A stretch of DNA of 64,000 nucleotides from Pseudomonadota bacterium. Its GTDB lineage: Bacteria > Pseudomonadota > Alphaproteobacteria > Micropepsales > Micropepsaceae. The notes beneath the pieces were generated by a model that saw only the letters and a program-made list of their open reading frames with translations, made no database searches and was not told the DNA's origin. Location: positions 8,065 to 72,064 of the forward strand of contig JAFEEQ010000009.1 of assembly GCA_018241025.1 (NCBI GenBank), in the 5' to 3' direction. The translations under genes were made by a program, and so were the position numbers. Shown in pieces: positions 49,519-58,975 of the stretch (position 1 is its first letter; each line of letters begins with the position of its first letter).

Positions 49519-49547
49519 ACATGTGCGAATTGGGCGGAGAGTCGCAT

Positions 49548-50036
49548 ATGCGTATGGCAACACTCGGCATCACAGCTCTGTTGCTGACCGTACTCCCCAC
49601 CCTTGCGGACGACGACTCCACCATCGAACGTCTCGCCACCTGCCGCGATTCCTGGCTCGACTGGCAGAAGGCGAACGATCCACGGTTGACCGCACTCGCC
49701 GCGCGCCTGCGTGCGGATTACACCCGGAAGCCGGGCGACGCTGTCATCGTGCCGAAAAAGCTCACGACACTCGCAGGCTTCCGCGTGCTCCGCGTTTTCC
49801 CGGACAGTGTCGGCATGGCTGTCGGCTTCTCGGTGATGCTCGACGCCACCTTCGACAAGGCGAAGACCGTCTTCGAGAAGAAGCTCGGCAAGACACTGAC
49901 GCACTGTGAGACCGGCGACGGGATGAAGAATTGCGAATACGACATCGCCGAAAAGCGCAGCTTCACGCTCACGTCGGGCGACAAGCCCGGCGATCATGAA
50001 ACGCTGGTCGGCTGCTACTACTTCTACGAAAAGTAG
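49548..50036 (+). CDS. Exported hypothetical protein
   Basis: Signal peptide; LATCRDSW and GCYYFYEK ends. Confidence 0.7.
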   Translation: MRMATLGITALLLTVLPTLADDDSTIERLATCRDSWLDWQKANDPRLTALAARLRADYTRKPGDAVIVPKKLTTLAGFRVLRVFPDSVGMAVGFSVMLDATFDKAKTVFEKKLGKTLTHCETGDGMKNCEYDIAEKRSFTLTSGDKPGDHETLVGCYYFYEK

Positions 50037-50039
50037 CGA

Positions 50040-50369
50040 TTACATCCGCCGCTTCTTCTTTCCCCGCGCCACTTCAAGCGCCAGCGCGTCCATCTTCGGC
50101 AGCCATTCGCCGCGGAAGCGGTCGAGCCAGGCATCGACTTCGCGCAGCGGTGCCGTCTCCACAGTATAAACGCGCCGCGTGCCCTCCGCCCGCGCGCTGG
50201 CGAAACCGCTATCGCGCAGCACGGCGAGATGCTGCGACACCGCCGGCTGCGAGATCCCGAACTCGCGCCCGATCACCGCGACGATCTCGCCCGAAGCATG
50301 CTCGCCTTTGCTCAGCAGTTCGAGAATGCGCCGCCGCACCGGATCGCCGAGGACATCGAAGGCGTGCAC
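50040..50369 (-). CDS. ArsR/SmtB family regulator
   Basis: FDVLGDPVRRRIL, ISQPAVSQHLAVL, GTRRVY. Confidence 0.9.
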   Translation of the reverse strand: MHAFDVLGDPVRRRILELLSKGEHASGEIVAVIGREFGISQPAVSQHLAVLRDSGFASARAEGTRRVYTVETAPLREVDAWLDRFRGEWLPKMDALALEVARGKKKRRM

Positions 50370-50373
50370 CACC

Positions 50374-51018
50374 CTAATCCTTGTGCTCGCCGCCGGTGTA
50401 GAACGCTGTCGTGCGATCCGCCGCGGCGCGTGCCGCATCGGGCGGTGTGCCGCTCGCAATCGACGCCGCGTACCACGCCTCGCTGCAGGCGCGATAGAAG
50501 CTCTTGCCTTCCTCGCTCATAGCCCAGGCCATGCCTTCCTCGGGCCCGCCGGCCGCGGCCGGGTTCTCGAGGTGGCGTCCGAGCCCCAGGAAGCCGCCAT
50601 CCCAGCCGACGCCCACCGCGCCCGGACCGAACTGGTCCCAGAATTCCGGCGGCACAAGCGCGGTGTGTTCGAGGCGCAGCTCGGTGCGTGCGCCCTTCGG
50701 CGTGAGGTGCAGGGTGATCCAGCTGACCTGCGGCCCCATCTCCCAGGTGACGCTCAGCCGCTGCGGCTTTTCGCACTCGGTGATCGTGCCGCCGGCATTG
50801 CCCTTGAACTGGTACTTGCCGCCCAGCTTCAGCTCGCCATCGATCGGCAGGAACCAGCGCGGGATGCGCTCGGCGCTGGTTAGCGCGTCCCACAGATCCT
50901 CGCGCCCGGTGTCGTAGATGCGCGACGCGATCACCATCTTCGCCGGCTTGCCGTCCCTCTCGACGTCGCGGACTTCGCGCACCACCGCGCCCACCACCTG
51001 CGCCACATCGACCTTCAT
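50374..51018 (-). CDS. SRPBCC (AHSA1-like) family protein
   Basis: DLWDALT..ERIPRWF, GPGAVGVGWD. Confidence 0.9.
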   Translation of the reverse strand: MKVDVAQVVGAVVREVRDVERDGKPAKMVIASRIYDTGREDLWDALTSAERIPRWFLPIDGELKLGGKYQFKGNAGGTITECEKPQRLSVTWEMGPQVSWITLHLTPKGARTELRLEHTALVPPEFWDQFGPGAVGVGWDGGFLGLGRHLENPAAAGGPEEGMAWAMSEEGKSFYRACSEAWYAASIASGTPPDAARAAADRTTAFYTGGEHKD

Positions 51019-51047
51019 ATCCGTTCCCCAATCGTATAAGTCGATAT

Positions 51048-51078
51048 TGATATAAGTACAAACTTATATTATAGTCAA
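51048..51078 (-). promoter_or_regulatory. Sigma70-like promoter with overlapping palindromic operator for SRPBCC-ArsR
   Basis: TTGACT -35 on the minus strand; ATATAAGT-N4-ACTTATAT at 51050-51069. Confidence 0.6.
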
Positions 51079-51089
51079 CGGTATGGCAC

Positions 51090-51122
51090 AAAAAAGCCTT
51101 CCCCGCGAAACGCGAGGAAGGC
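51090..51122 (-). terminator. Rho-independent terminator
   Basis: GCCTTCC.CGCG stem followed by a T-run on the minus strand. Confidence 0.7.
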
Positions 51123-51142
51123 CGACCGTCCGTCGAATGCGA

Positions 51143-51361
51143 TCAGTAGGTCTTCGGTTCGGGCGCGTCGCCCTTCTTCACCTTTTTCTCGGCATCCTTG
51201 ACCGCAGCGTTCTCGCCGGTCACGGCTTCGCTTTCGCGCTCTTTCGGCGCGCCGATGATGTGCTTTCCGCCCGAGAAGGACGGCGGGTCCGATGCCGGAA
51301 ACGAATCCTTCATCTGCCGGTCGATCTTGTCTTCGGTCTTCGCTTTGGTCGCGTCAGACAT
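51143..51361 (-). CDS. Small hypothetical protein (DSFPASDPP motif)
   Basis: 72 aa; KIDRQMKDSFPASDPPSF is a recurring small-protein motif. Confidence 0.7.
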   Translation of the reverse strand: MSDATKAKTEDKIDRQMKDSFPASDPPSFSGGKHIIGAPKERESEAVTGENAAVKDAEKKVKKGDAPEPKTY

Positions 51362-51438
51362 GGTGTTCTCCGGTTTCGCCGCATGGGCGGCTCTGTGACT
51401 TAGAAAACGTTTGGCTGCGATGTTGGTTGCGGCAACCG

Positions 51439-51600
51439 CTATGTGAGCAGCCGCGCCAGGAGGCCCGGGAACAGGCCGAAGAGACCGATCAGGATCAGAT
51501 AGATCGCGATCAGATAGTTCAGCACCTTGGGTGCAAGCAGGATCAGGATGCCGAAGATCAGTGCGATCAGGGCAGGGACGATGGCGGGGTCGAGATGCAT
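51439..51600 (-). CDS. DUF3096 family small membrane protein
   Basis: 53 aa; ALIFGILILLAPKVLNYLIAIYLILIG. Confidence 0.8.
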   Translation of the reverse strand: MHLDPAIVPALIALIFGILILLAPKVLNYLIAIYLILIGLFGLFPGLLARLLT

Positions 51601-51650
51601 GGGGTCCTCTCTGTGCGTTCCATAACGCACGAGAAGGCGCTTTCGCCGCG

Positions 51651-52439
51651 TCAGCGACGCGCCCCGATCCCGGCCGCCAGCGACTGCATCGGCGCCAGGA
51701 AGCGCCGCGCCGCTTCCGCCTCGCTGAAGGCATTCGGAAAATAACGCACAACCAGCGTCGCCAGCACGCGGTCCCCGGATTGGATCGGCACGGCGAGCCC
51801 GGTGACGCGCCGCCGGGTGTCGCGCCATTTGGGCGCCACCGGCTCGGTCATCGCGCGCAGGCGCGGGTCGGTCACCGCATATCCCTTGCGCCGCGTATCT
51901 CGCAGCACGGCGGACACCGCCCTTTCGTCCTTTGCGACTGCATCGCTTCGCCGCCGCGACCCCTTGAGCGCGGTGAGGATCTCGCGCCGCTCGCGCTCCG
52001 GACAGAAGGCGAGATAAGCGCGGCCGACCGCGCCCAGCAGCATCGGACTCGGCTGGTCGAACACACCGGGGTCCACGGCATAGGGACTGTCGCCCACCGT
52101 GCCATAGCGCACGCTCATGCGCAGCCCGTCGCGCACCGCGATGAACAGCGGCCAGGCATGCTCGCGGGTGAAGCTGCGCATCGGTTCGATCGCCGTCTCG
52201 ACGATGCGCTCTTCGGCATGCACGCCGGCCGACAAGTCGAGGGCCTTCGCCGTCACACGATAGCCGGCGCTGCGCGACAGATGCTGGGCATAGCCCGCCG
52301 CGCACAGTGCCTTGAGCAGGCGCACGGTGGTGGAGGGTGCGAGGCCGGCACCCTCGGCCACGGCGGACAGGCTCATCACCGGCCGCGCATTCAGCGCCGC
52401 GAGCACGCGCAGGGCTTTGTCGACGGGAAGGCGGGACAT
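51651..52439 (-). CDS. IclR-family transcriptional regulator
   Basis: VDKALRVLAAL wHTH, TTVRLLKAL, GAVGRAYLAF. Confidence 0.88.
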   Translation of the reverse strand: MSRLPVDKALRVLAALNARPVMSLSAVAEGAGLAPSTTVRLLKALCAAGYAQHLSRSAGYRVTAKALDLSAGVHAEERIVETAIEPMRSFTREHAWPLFIAVRDGLRMSVRYGTVGDSPYAVDPGVFDQPSPMLLGAVGRAYLAFCPERERREILTALKGSRRRSDAVAKDERAVSAVLRDTRRKGYAVTDPRLRAMTEPVAPKWRDTRRRVTGLAVPIQSGDRVLATLVVRYFPNAFSEAEAARRFLAPMQSLAAGIGARR

Positions 52440-52442
52440 TCC

Positions 52443-52465
52443 ATAATTCCGTTGAACGGAATTAT
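52443..52465. promoter_or_regulatory. Perfect palindromic operator between iclR and tauD
   Basis: ATAATTCCGTT-G-AACGGAATTAT, 11-bp arms, 4 nt from the iclR start. Confidence 0.75.
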
Positions 52466-52534
52466 AATTCGGCCCGCTGGCGTCCCGCAACGCCAGGGCG
52501 CAGGGTCCCAAAAAACAAGCCTCCGGAGGAAGCC

Positions 52535-53461
52535 ATGCAGACTCGCCATCGCGAAAAGACCGTCTTCGACACGCCGCATCTCGAATACAAGGCGATCTCC
52601 GTCGACCCGCTGAACCCCGTGATCGGTGCCGAAATCGGCGGCGTCGATCTGTCGAAGCCGCTCTCGCCGGAGCAGGAGCGTGAGCTCCGCGCCGCCCAGG
52701 CCGCGCATCATGTTCTCATCTTCCGCGACCAGGTTCTCACCGGCGAGGATCACAAGCGCTTCGCCCGCCTGTGGGGCCGTCTCCATGTCCATCCCTATCA
52801 CGTGAAGAACACCGCGCCGGAGCACGCCCGCGCCGCCGCCGACGACAAGGCGCCGTTTCCGCCCGGCGATCCCGAGGTACTCGTGGTCAAGGCAGACCAG
52901 AAATCCAGATTCGTTGCCGGCGAAGGCTGGCACACCGATGTCAGCTGCGACGCCGAGCCGCCGATGGGCTCGATGCTCTACATCACCCAGACGCCGGAGA
53001 TCGGCGGCGGCGACACGATGTATCTCTCCACCGTGCGCGCTTATGAGGCGCTGTCCGACACGATGAAGGAATTCGTTGGCAAGCTCACCGCGACCCATGA
53101 CGGCGCCAAGCCCTATACCGGCGGCTACGGCACCGCGGCGCCCGAAGGCGGCTGGCCGAAGACGGTGCATCCCGTCGTTATCACCATCCCGTGGAGCGGC
53201 AAAAAGGCGCTCTATATCAACCGCGGCTTCACCACCCGCATCAACGAGCTCGGCCGCAAAGAGAGCGACGCGATGCTCGAACTGCTCTGGAATCACATCG
53301 AGAGCAATTACGAATTCCAGTGCCGCGTGCGCTGGAAGCCGAACACGCTCGTCTTCTGGGACAATTGGTGCACCCAGCATCACGCCGTGTGGGACTACTA
53401 TCCCTATTCCCGCTACGGTCAGCGCGTCTCGATCGTGAATGGCCGGCCGGGAGCTCGATGA
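52535..53461 (+). CDS. TauD/TfdA family Fe(II)/2-oxoglutarate dioxygenase
   Basis: IGAEIGGVDL, WHTDVS, GGGDT, WDN..TQH.A, R at C-terminus. Confidence 0.93.
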   Translation: MQTRHREKTVFDTPHLEYKAISVDPLNPVIGAEIGGVDLSKPLSPEQERELRAAQAAHHVLIFRDQVLTGEDHKRFARLWGRLHVHPYHVKNTAPEHARAAADDKAPFPPGDPEVLVVKADQKSRFVAGEGWHTDVSCDAEPPMGSMLYITQTPEIGGGDTMYLSTVRAYEALSDTMKEFVGKLTATHDGAKPYTGGYGTAAPEGGWPKTVHPVVITIPWSGKKALYINRGFTTRINELGRKESDAMLELLWNHIESNYEFQCRVRWKPNTLVFWDNWCTQHHAVWDYYPYSRYGQRVSIVNGRPGAR

Positions 53462-53883
53462 GCTCGATTCCACATTTCGAAGAAACCTTCCTGGAGGAAT
53501 TGGCTACCAGCTTCCGCAAGCGTCATAAGGCTATCAGGAACAAGGTGCGGCCGGCAGAGTTCGCGAAGACCTATGACCGCCAAGGCTCTGAAAGGAGCGA
53601 GCGATTGGAAGTCCGATTGCGTCACCACAGTGATGCCTGGCTTTCATTTCATGCGTGGCCGGACCGGGCAATCTGGCTGGACGCTCGGCGACGGGCGAAA
53701 GAAGGTCCGCGTTGGAATTGGAATTTCGAGGGGCGGCTACTTGGTGAGTGTTCGGCGCAGGACGTTGTCGAAGCACTGGAAGAAACGATTGCACGTCTCT
53801 TCGAGATGGATGCCCCCCGAACGCCTATACTAAGCGAACCATGGACCCGTCTTTTGGCGCAAGGGCCGAGGCCCGTTCGATGA
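53458..53883 (+). CDS. Hypothetical protein, lower GC
   Basis: 141 aa; ATGA overlap with tauD; Trp-rich; atypical codons. Confidence 0.55.
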   Translation: MSSIPHFEETFLEELATSFRKRHKAIRNKVRPAEFAKTYDRQGSERSERLEVRLRHHSDAWLSFHAWPDRAIWLDARRRAKEGPRWNWNFEGRLLGECSAQDVVEALEETIARLFEMDAPRTPILSEPWTRLLAQGPRPVR

Positions 53884-53895
53884 CAGTGAGTTCCG

Positions 53896-54678
53896 ATGAA
53901 TAGCCGCACCGCCGCCGCGCAGCTGCTGGAAGACGGATGGTGCGTCGTACCGGGTGTCCTCGACGCAGGCGCGACCGCCGATGCGCTTCAGCGCCTCCAC
54001 GCCGCCGCTGAAGAGTATCGCCGCCGCGGCCACGACACGCATATGCCGGTGCTCGATCCCAACGCCGCGAATGTCCGTGTTTTCGATCTCCTCGATCTCG
54101 ATCCGGTCTTCCGCGAGCTGATCCGCCATCCCGCCGCGCTGGCGCTGGTTCGTGCGCTTCTCGGCCCCGATGCGATGATCTCGAACTTCACCGCGAATAT
54201 CGCGCGGCCCGGTGCGCGCTCGATGAGCCTGCACTCCGACCAGGCGCTGGTCGCGCCCGAGCCATGGCTCGCGCCCTGGTCAGTCAACATCATCTGGTGC
54301 CTGAGCGACGTCCATCGCGACAATGGCGCCACGCTCTTCATTCCGGGCAGTCACAAGGTCACGCGCCGCGCGGAGCTTGGTGCCGGCCCCATCGCGCGTC
54401 TCGTGCCCTTCGAGGCGAAGGCCGGTTCGATCGTCGCGATGGATGGCCGCGTCTGGCATACTTCCGGCGCCAACGTCACGGCGAACGAAGAGCGCGCGCT
54501 GCTCTTCGGCTATTACTCGCGAGGCTTCCTGCGCCCGCAGGTCAACTGGAACGTGGTTCTGTCCCCGGAGGTGCAGAAGAGCCTCGATCCCGAGCTGCGC
54601 TGGCTGCTCGGACTCGGCGCCGCGGCGAATTTCGCTCAAGCCGCAGAGCTTCTTGCCGCCGACATCGGGCGCACGTAG
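53896..54678 (+). CDS. Phytanoyl-CoA dioxygenase (PhyH) family protein
   Basis: LHSDQ, NGATLFIPGSH, WHTSGAN. Confidence 0.9.
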   Translation: MNSRTAAAQLLEDGWCVVPGVLDAGATADALQRLHAAAEEYRRRGHDTHMPVLDPNAANVRVFDLLDLDPVFRELIRHPAALALVRALLGPDAMISNFTANIARPGARSMSLHSDQALVAPEPWLAPWSVNIIWCLSDVHRDNGATLFIPGSHKVTRRAELGAGPIARLVPFEAKAGSIVAMDGRVWHTSGANVTANEERALLFGYYSRGFLRPQVNWNVVLSPEVQKSLDPELRWLLGLGAAANFAQAAELLAADIGRT

Positions 54679-54711
54679 GAAAGGCGCCGCACCATCTCCC
54701 GGAGTCCTGCC

Positions 54712-55821
54712 GTGAAAACCCGCGCCGCCGTCGCCTTCGAAGCCAAGAAGCCGCTCGAGATCGTCGAGCTCGATCTCGAAGGGCCGAAGCCCGGCGAGGT
54801 ACTGGTCGAGCTGAAAGCGACCGGCATCTGCCACACCGATCAGTACACGCTCTCCGGTCTCGACAGCGAAGGCCTGTTTCCCTCGATCCTCGGCCATGAA
54901 GGCGCGGGCATCGTGCGCGAGGTCGGCGCTGGTGTGACCAGCGTGAAGCCCGGCGATCACGTCATCCCGCTCTACACGCCCGAATGCCGCCAGTGTAAGT
55001 CGTGCCTCTCCGGCAAGACCAATCTGTGCACCGCAATCCGCGCCACCCAGGGCAAGGGCGTGATGCCCGACGGCACCTCGCGCTTCTCGTACAAGGGCAA
55101 GCCGATCTACCACTACATGGGCTGCTCGACCTTCTCGAACTTCACCGTGCTGCCCGAGATCGCGGTCGCGAAAATCCGCGACGACGCGCCCTTCGACAAG
55201 GCCTGTTACTGTGGCTGCGGCGTCACCACCGGCGTCGGCGCCGTGATCAACACCGCGAAGGTGAAAGCCGGCTCCAACGCCATCGTCTTCGGCCTCGGCG
55301 GCATTGGCCTTAACGTCATCCAGGGCCTGAAGCTCGTCGGCGCGCAGATGATCGTCGGCGTCGACATCAACCCGGACCGCGAAGCCTGGGGCAAGCAGTT
55401 CGGCATGACGCATTTCGTCAATCCGAAGAAAGTCGACGGCGATATCGTCGCCCATCTCGTCGCGCTCACCGATGGCGGCGCCGATTACACCTTCGATTGC
55501 ACCGGCAACGTCACCGTGATGCGCCAGGCGCTCGAAGCCTGCCACCGCGGCTGGGGCGAGAGCACCATCATCGGCGTCGCGCCCGCAGGAACCGAGATCG
55601 CGACCCGCCCCTTCCAGCTCGTCACCGGCCGGGTGTGGCGCGGCACGGCCTTCGGCGGCGCCAAGGGCCGCACCGACACGCCCAAGATCGTCGACTGGTA
55701 CATGAAGGGCATGATCCAGATCGACCCGATGATCACCCACGTCCTGCCGCTCGAAAAGATCAACGACGCCTTCACGCTGATGGAAGAGGGCAAGAGCATC
55801 CGCAGCGTTGTGGTATACTGA
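54712..55821 (+). CDS. frmA: S-(hydroxymethyl)glutathione dehydrogenase / class III alcohol dehydrogenase
   Basis: [41 protein letters not shown]. Confidence 0.95.
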   Translation: MKTRAAVAFEAKKPLEIVELDLEGPKPGEVLVELKATGICHTDQYTLSGLDSEGLFPSILGHEGAGIVREVGAGVTSVKPGDHVIPLYTPECRQCKSCLSGKTNLCTAIRATQGKGVMPDGTSRFSYKGKPIYHYMGCSTFSNFTVLPEIAVAKIRDDAPFDKACYCGCGVTTGVGAVINTAKVKAGSNAIVFGLGGIGLNVIQGLKLVGAQMIVGVDINPDREAWGKQFGMTHFVNPKKVDGDIVAHLVALTDGGADYTFDCTGNVTVMRQALEACHRGWGESTIIGVAPAGTEIATRPFQLVTGRVWRGTAFGGAKGRTDTPKIVDWYMKGMIQIDPMITHVLPLEKINDAFTLMEEGKSIRSVVVY

Positions 55822-55824
55822 GAA

Positions 55825-55853
55825 CTACCCTCCCCCTGAGGCAGGGTGAGTAG
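55825..55853. repeat. Degenerate family C half-element
   Basis: CTACCCTCCCCCTGAGGCAGGGTGAGTAG. Confidence 0.35.
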
Positions 55854-55868
55854 GATGGGATGGAGCCC

Positions 55869-56144
55869 ATGAGCGATACCGTCGGCCCCGGCGATCTGGT
55901 TCTCTGCGTCAACGCCGCGCCCAACCATGCCACCGGCCGCCCCGTGCCGCTGGTCGCCGGCGAGACCTATCGCGTCGTCGATATCATGGAATTCGGCTGC
56001 CCCTGCGGACGCTCCGATCACCTGCTGGATGTCGGCGTCGACTTCGCCTGGTGCCAGACCCGCTTCCGCCTCCTCCCCAAACCCAAAGCCGAGAAAAAGC
56101 CGCGCAAGGTCTCCGCCCCGAAGGAGAAGGAAACGGCGCGGTAG
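55869..56144 (+). CDS. Small hypothetical protein with Cys/His cluster and Lys-rich tail
   Basis: RBS GGAG; PGDLVLCV, GCPCGRSDH, WC. Confidence 0.6.
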   Translation: MSDTVGPGDLVLCVNAAPNHATGRPVPLVAGETYRVVDIMEFGCPCGRSDHLLDVGVDFAWCQTRFRLLPKPKAEKKPRKVSAPKEKETAR

Positions 56145-56166
56145 AATCAATTGAGCGGGGCGGCTT

Positions 56167-56257
56167 CACCCTTCGACAGGCTCAGGGTGAGGACATTGTA
56201 TTGGTGGCGCGAAACGCGGACCAATCCACAACCCTCATCCTGAGCCCGTCGAAGGAT
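56167..56257. repeat. REP-like element, family A
   Basis: CCCTTCGACAGGCTCAGGGTGAGG ... CCTCATCCTGAGCCCGTCGAAGGAT. Confidence 0.88.
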
Positions 56258-56259
56258 CG

Positions 56260-57903
56260 ATGGCGAGCACGATGCTAACCGAGAGCTACTTCAGCGCCAC
56301 CGCCGACAAGCCGCTCGTCTACGAGACTATCGGCGCCTGCTTCGACCGTATCGCGGACACATTCGGCGAGCGCGACGGCCTCATCGTCCGCCATCAGAAC
56401 ATCCGCTGGACCTACGCCCAATACCGCGCCGCAGTCGATCGCTTCGCCGCCGGTCTTCTCGCGCTCGGAATCAAAAAAGGCGACCGCGTTGGCGTCTGGG
56501 CGCCCAACTGCGCCGAATGGTCGGTCACGCAGTTCGCCACGGCCAAGCTCGGCGCAATCCTCGTCTGCATCAACCCGGCCTATCGCATCTACGAGCTCGA
56601 ATTCGCGCTCAACAAATCCGGCTGCACCGCGCTTGTCACCGCGCAGCAATACCTGACTTCGAACTACGCCGGCATGCTCGCAGAGCTGCGCGATGCCGGA
56701 AAGCTCCCGCAGCTCAAGCACATCATCGCCACCGGCGAGACCCCGCCGCCCGGCATGCTGCGCTTCGCCGACATCGCCGCCGATCCCGCCCCGCTCGCCG
56801 CCATCGCCAAGACGCTCTCGCCCGACGACCCGATCAACATCCAGTTCACCTCCGGCACCACCGGCCAGCCGAAGGGCGCGACGCTCAGCCATTTCAACAT
56901 CCTCAACAACGGCCGCATCGTCGGCGAAGGCATGCGCTTCAGCGAGCATGACCGGCTCTGCGTGCCCGTTCCGCTCTATCACTGCTTCGGCATGGTGATG
57001 AGCAATCTCGCCTGCGTCAGCCACGGCGCCGCCGCGGTCTTCCCGAATGACGGCTTCGATCCGGTGAAAACCCTCGAAGCCGTCGCCGCCGAAAAATGCA
57101 CCGCGCTGCACGGCGTGCCGACGATGTTCATCGCCGAGCTCGAACACCCGCGGTTCAGGGAATTCGATCTCTCCTCGCTCCGCACCGGCATCATGGCGGG
57201 CGCGCCGTGTCCTGTCGAAGTCATGAAGCGTGTGCAGGGCGAGATGCACATGAAGGAAGTGCTCATCGCCTACGGTCAGACCGAGACCTCGCCGGTCAAC
57301 CACCAGACGACCAAGGACGATCCGCTCGACAAGCAGGTCGAAACCGTCGGGCGTCCCGGCCCGCATCTGGAGATCAAGCTGATCGACGAGCATGGCGCGG
57401 TCGTGCCCATCGGCACGCCGGGCGAGATCTGCTGCCGCGGCTATTCCGTCATGCAGGGTTATTGGGACGAGCCGGGCCGTACCGCCGAGACCATCGACCG
57501 CGCCGGCTGGCTCCACTCCGGCGATCTCGGCGTGATGGATGGTGAGGGCTACACCGCCATCGTCGGGCGCTTGAAAGACATGATCATCCGCGGCGGCGAG
57601 AACGTCTATCCGCGCGAGGTCGAGGAATTCCTCTTCACCCACGACGCGGTCGAGCAGGTCCAGGTCTTCGGCGTCCCCGACCGGAAGTACGGCGAGCAGG
57701 TCTGCGCCTGGATCAAGCTCCGCCACGGCCACAGCCTCGACGAAGACGCCGTGCGCGCCTACTGCAAGGACCGCATCGCGCATTTCAAAGTGCCGCGCTA
57801 CGTCCGCTTTGTCGACGACATCCCGATGACCGTCACCGGCAAGCCGCAGAAGTTCAAGATGCGGGAGGCGATGGTGACAGAGTTGGGCGCTGTGAGCGGT
57901 TAG
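56260..57903 (+). CDS. AMP-binding acyl-CoA synthetase
   Basis: [43 protein letters not shown]. Confidence 0.93.
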   Translation: MASTMLTESYFSATADKPLVYETIGACFDRIADTFGERDGLIVRHQNIRWTYAQYRAAVDRFAAGLLALGIKKGDRVGVWAPNCAEWSVTQFATAKLGAILVCINPAYRIYELEFALNKSGCTALVTAQQYLTSNYAGMLAELRDAGKLPQLKHIIATGETPPPGMLRFADIAADPAPLAAIAKTLSPDDPINIQFTSGTTGQPKGATLSHFNILNNGRIVGEGMRFSEHDRLCVPVPLYHCFGMVMSNLACVSHGAAAVFPNDGFDPVKTLEAVAAEKCTALHGVPTMFIAELEHPRFREFDLSSLRTGIMAGAPCPVEVMKRVQGEMHMKEVLIAYGQTETSPVNHQTTKDDPLDKQVETVGRPGPHLEIKLIDEHGAVVPIGTPGEICCRGYSVMQGYWDEPGRTAETIDRAGWLHSGDLGVMDGEGYTAIVGRLKDMIIRGGENVYPREVEEFLFTHDAVEQVQVFGVPDRKYGEQVCAWIKLRHGHSLDEDAVRAYCKDRIAHFKVPRYVRFVDDIPMTVTGKPQKFKMREAMVTELGAVSG

Positions 57904-57941
57904 CACTGGCGTTTTTTGCCACGCCATGCAGCCAACCACCT

Positions 57942-58156
57942 TCACCATGGCCGGCCTCCGAGCCGGCCACCCAGCAGGCGCGCGTCCGCGCGCCAATGAC
58001 TCGGCGTTAGCGGAACGGTAAATGTTCACGCGGAGACGCGGAGCCGCGGAGGTTCGAGTTCAACTCCGCGGCTCCGCGTGAGTCCTTTAGTGGCGCTTCG
58101 CGCCTGCTGGGTGGCCGGGGTCGCAGCAACAGTATGGCGACGCCCGGCCACGGTGA
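57942..58156. repeat. REP-like element, family E (CATGGCCGG...CCGGCCA), with a nested family B element
   Basis: Perfect 20-bp IR 57963-57982 / 58099-58118; outer IR TCACCATGGCCGG / CCGGCCACGGTGA. Confidence 0.85.
58024..58080. mobile_element. Gene-less family B (GxxExxY-type) element with a truncated arm
   Basis: ATGTTCACGCGGAGACGCGGAG is identical to 24638-24659; right arm CTCCGCGGCTCCGCGTG. Confidence 0.7.
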
Positions 58157-58348
58157 TTGTTTGGTCGGCTTGAAGTTGCACGGGGACACGACCACTTCTC
58201 TTCTAGGGTTCCGCGAAACAGGGCGGGGCGGCGGCGGGTACGAGACCTCGAAAACAGTACGATGTATTCGAACTGCTATCGATCCACTACATATAGTAGG
58301 TCTCGCTTAAGTCATCCCCCGTTGACATCTGTCCCGGACCCCGGCACC

Positions 58349-58368
58349 TTGTCATCCACGGATGACAA
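58349..58368. promoter_or_regulatory. Perfect palindrome over the TetR start codon (putative operator)
   Basis: TTGTCATCC-AC-GGATGACAA; TTGACA at 58322; no SD sequence. Confidence 0.6.
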
Positions 58369-58952
58369 ACACTGCGACCCTCGCCCCCGAGCGGTCCGCG
58401 CCTCGCAAGCGGGACGCGGAGGCGACTAAGCGCGCCATCCTCGACGCCGCCAAAATCCACTTCGCCCGCTCCGGCTATGACGGCGCCTATCTGCGCGACA
58501 TCGCCGCCGATGCCGGCGCCGACGCCGCGCTGATCAATCGCTATTTCGGCGGCAAGGATGGGCTGTTCCAGGCCGCGCTGAAGGACTCCATCGCCCCCGA
58601 TGCGATCTCGCACTGGAGCCGGGCCAGCTTCGGCCTCGACGTCGCCACCATGATGGCCGGCCACGCCCATCAGCAGGTCGAGCGCACCCACGCCTTCGAA
58701 TTCCTGCTCCAGGCCGCGACCAATCCCGCCACCGCGAAGCTGCTGAACGTCGCCGTGCAGGAGCGCTTCCTCGGTCCGATCCGCGCTTGGATCGGCGGCA
58801 AGGATGCCGAGCCGCGTGCCCGCGTGCTGGCTTCGGTCTTCATCGGCCTTCTGGTCGAACGTCTCATCCGCGACGAGGCGCTCGAAGGCGCCGAACGCGA
58901 CATCTTCATCAAACGCACCGCGACCGTGTTGCAGTCGCTGGTGGAAAACTAA
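58362..58952 (+). CDS. TetR/AcrR family regulator
   Basis: ILDAAKIHFARSGY, IAADAGADAALINRYFGGKDGLF. Confidence 0.93.
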   Translation: MTNTATLAPERSAPRKRDAEATKRAILDAAKIHFARSGYDGAYLRDIAADAGADAALINRYFGGKDGLFQAALKDSIAPDAISHWSRASFGLDVATMMAGHAHQQVERTHAFEFLLQAATNPATAKLLNVAVQERFLGPIRAWIGGKDAEPRARVLASVFIGLLVERLIRDEALEGAERDIFIKRTATVLQSLVEN

Positions 58953-58975
58953 AGCAACGCCTTGGAGGAGTGGAC

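Noticed and set aside
54280-55740. Long antisense ORFs (also 6694-8886, 27338-29194, 31563-33890, 45912-47780, 56275-58029)
   Set aside because: Shadow frames of well-supported genes in high-GC DNA; no motifs or RBS.
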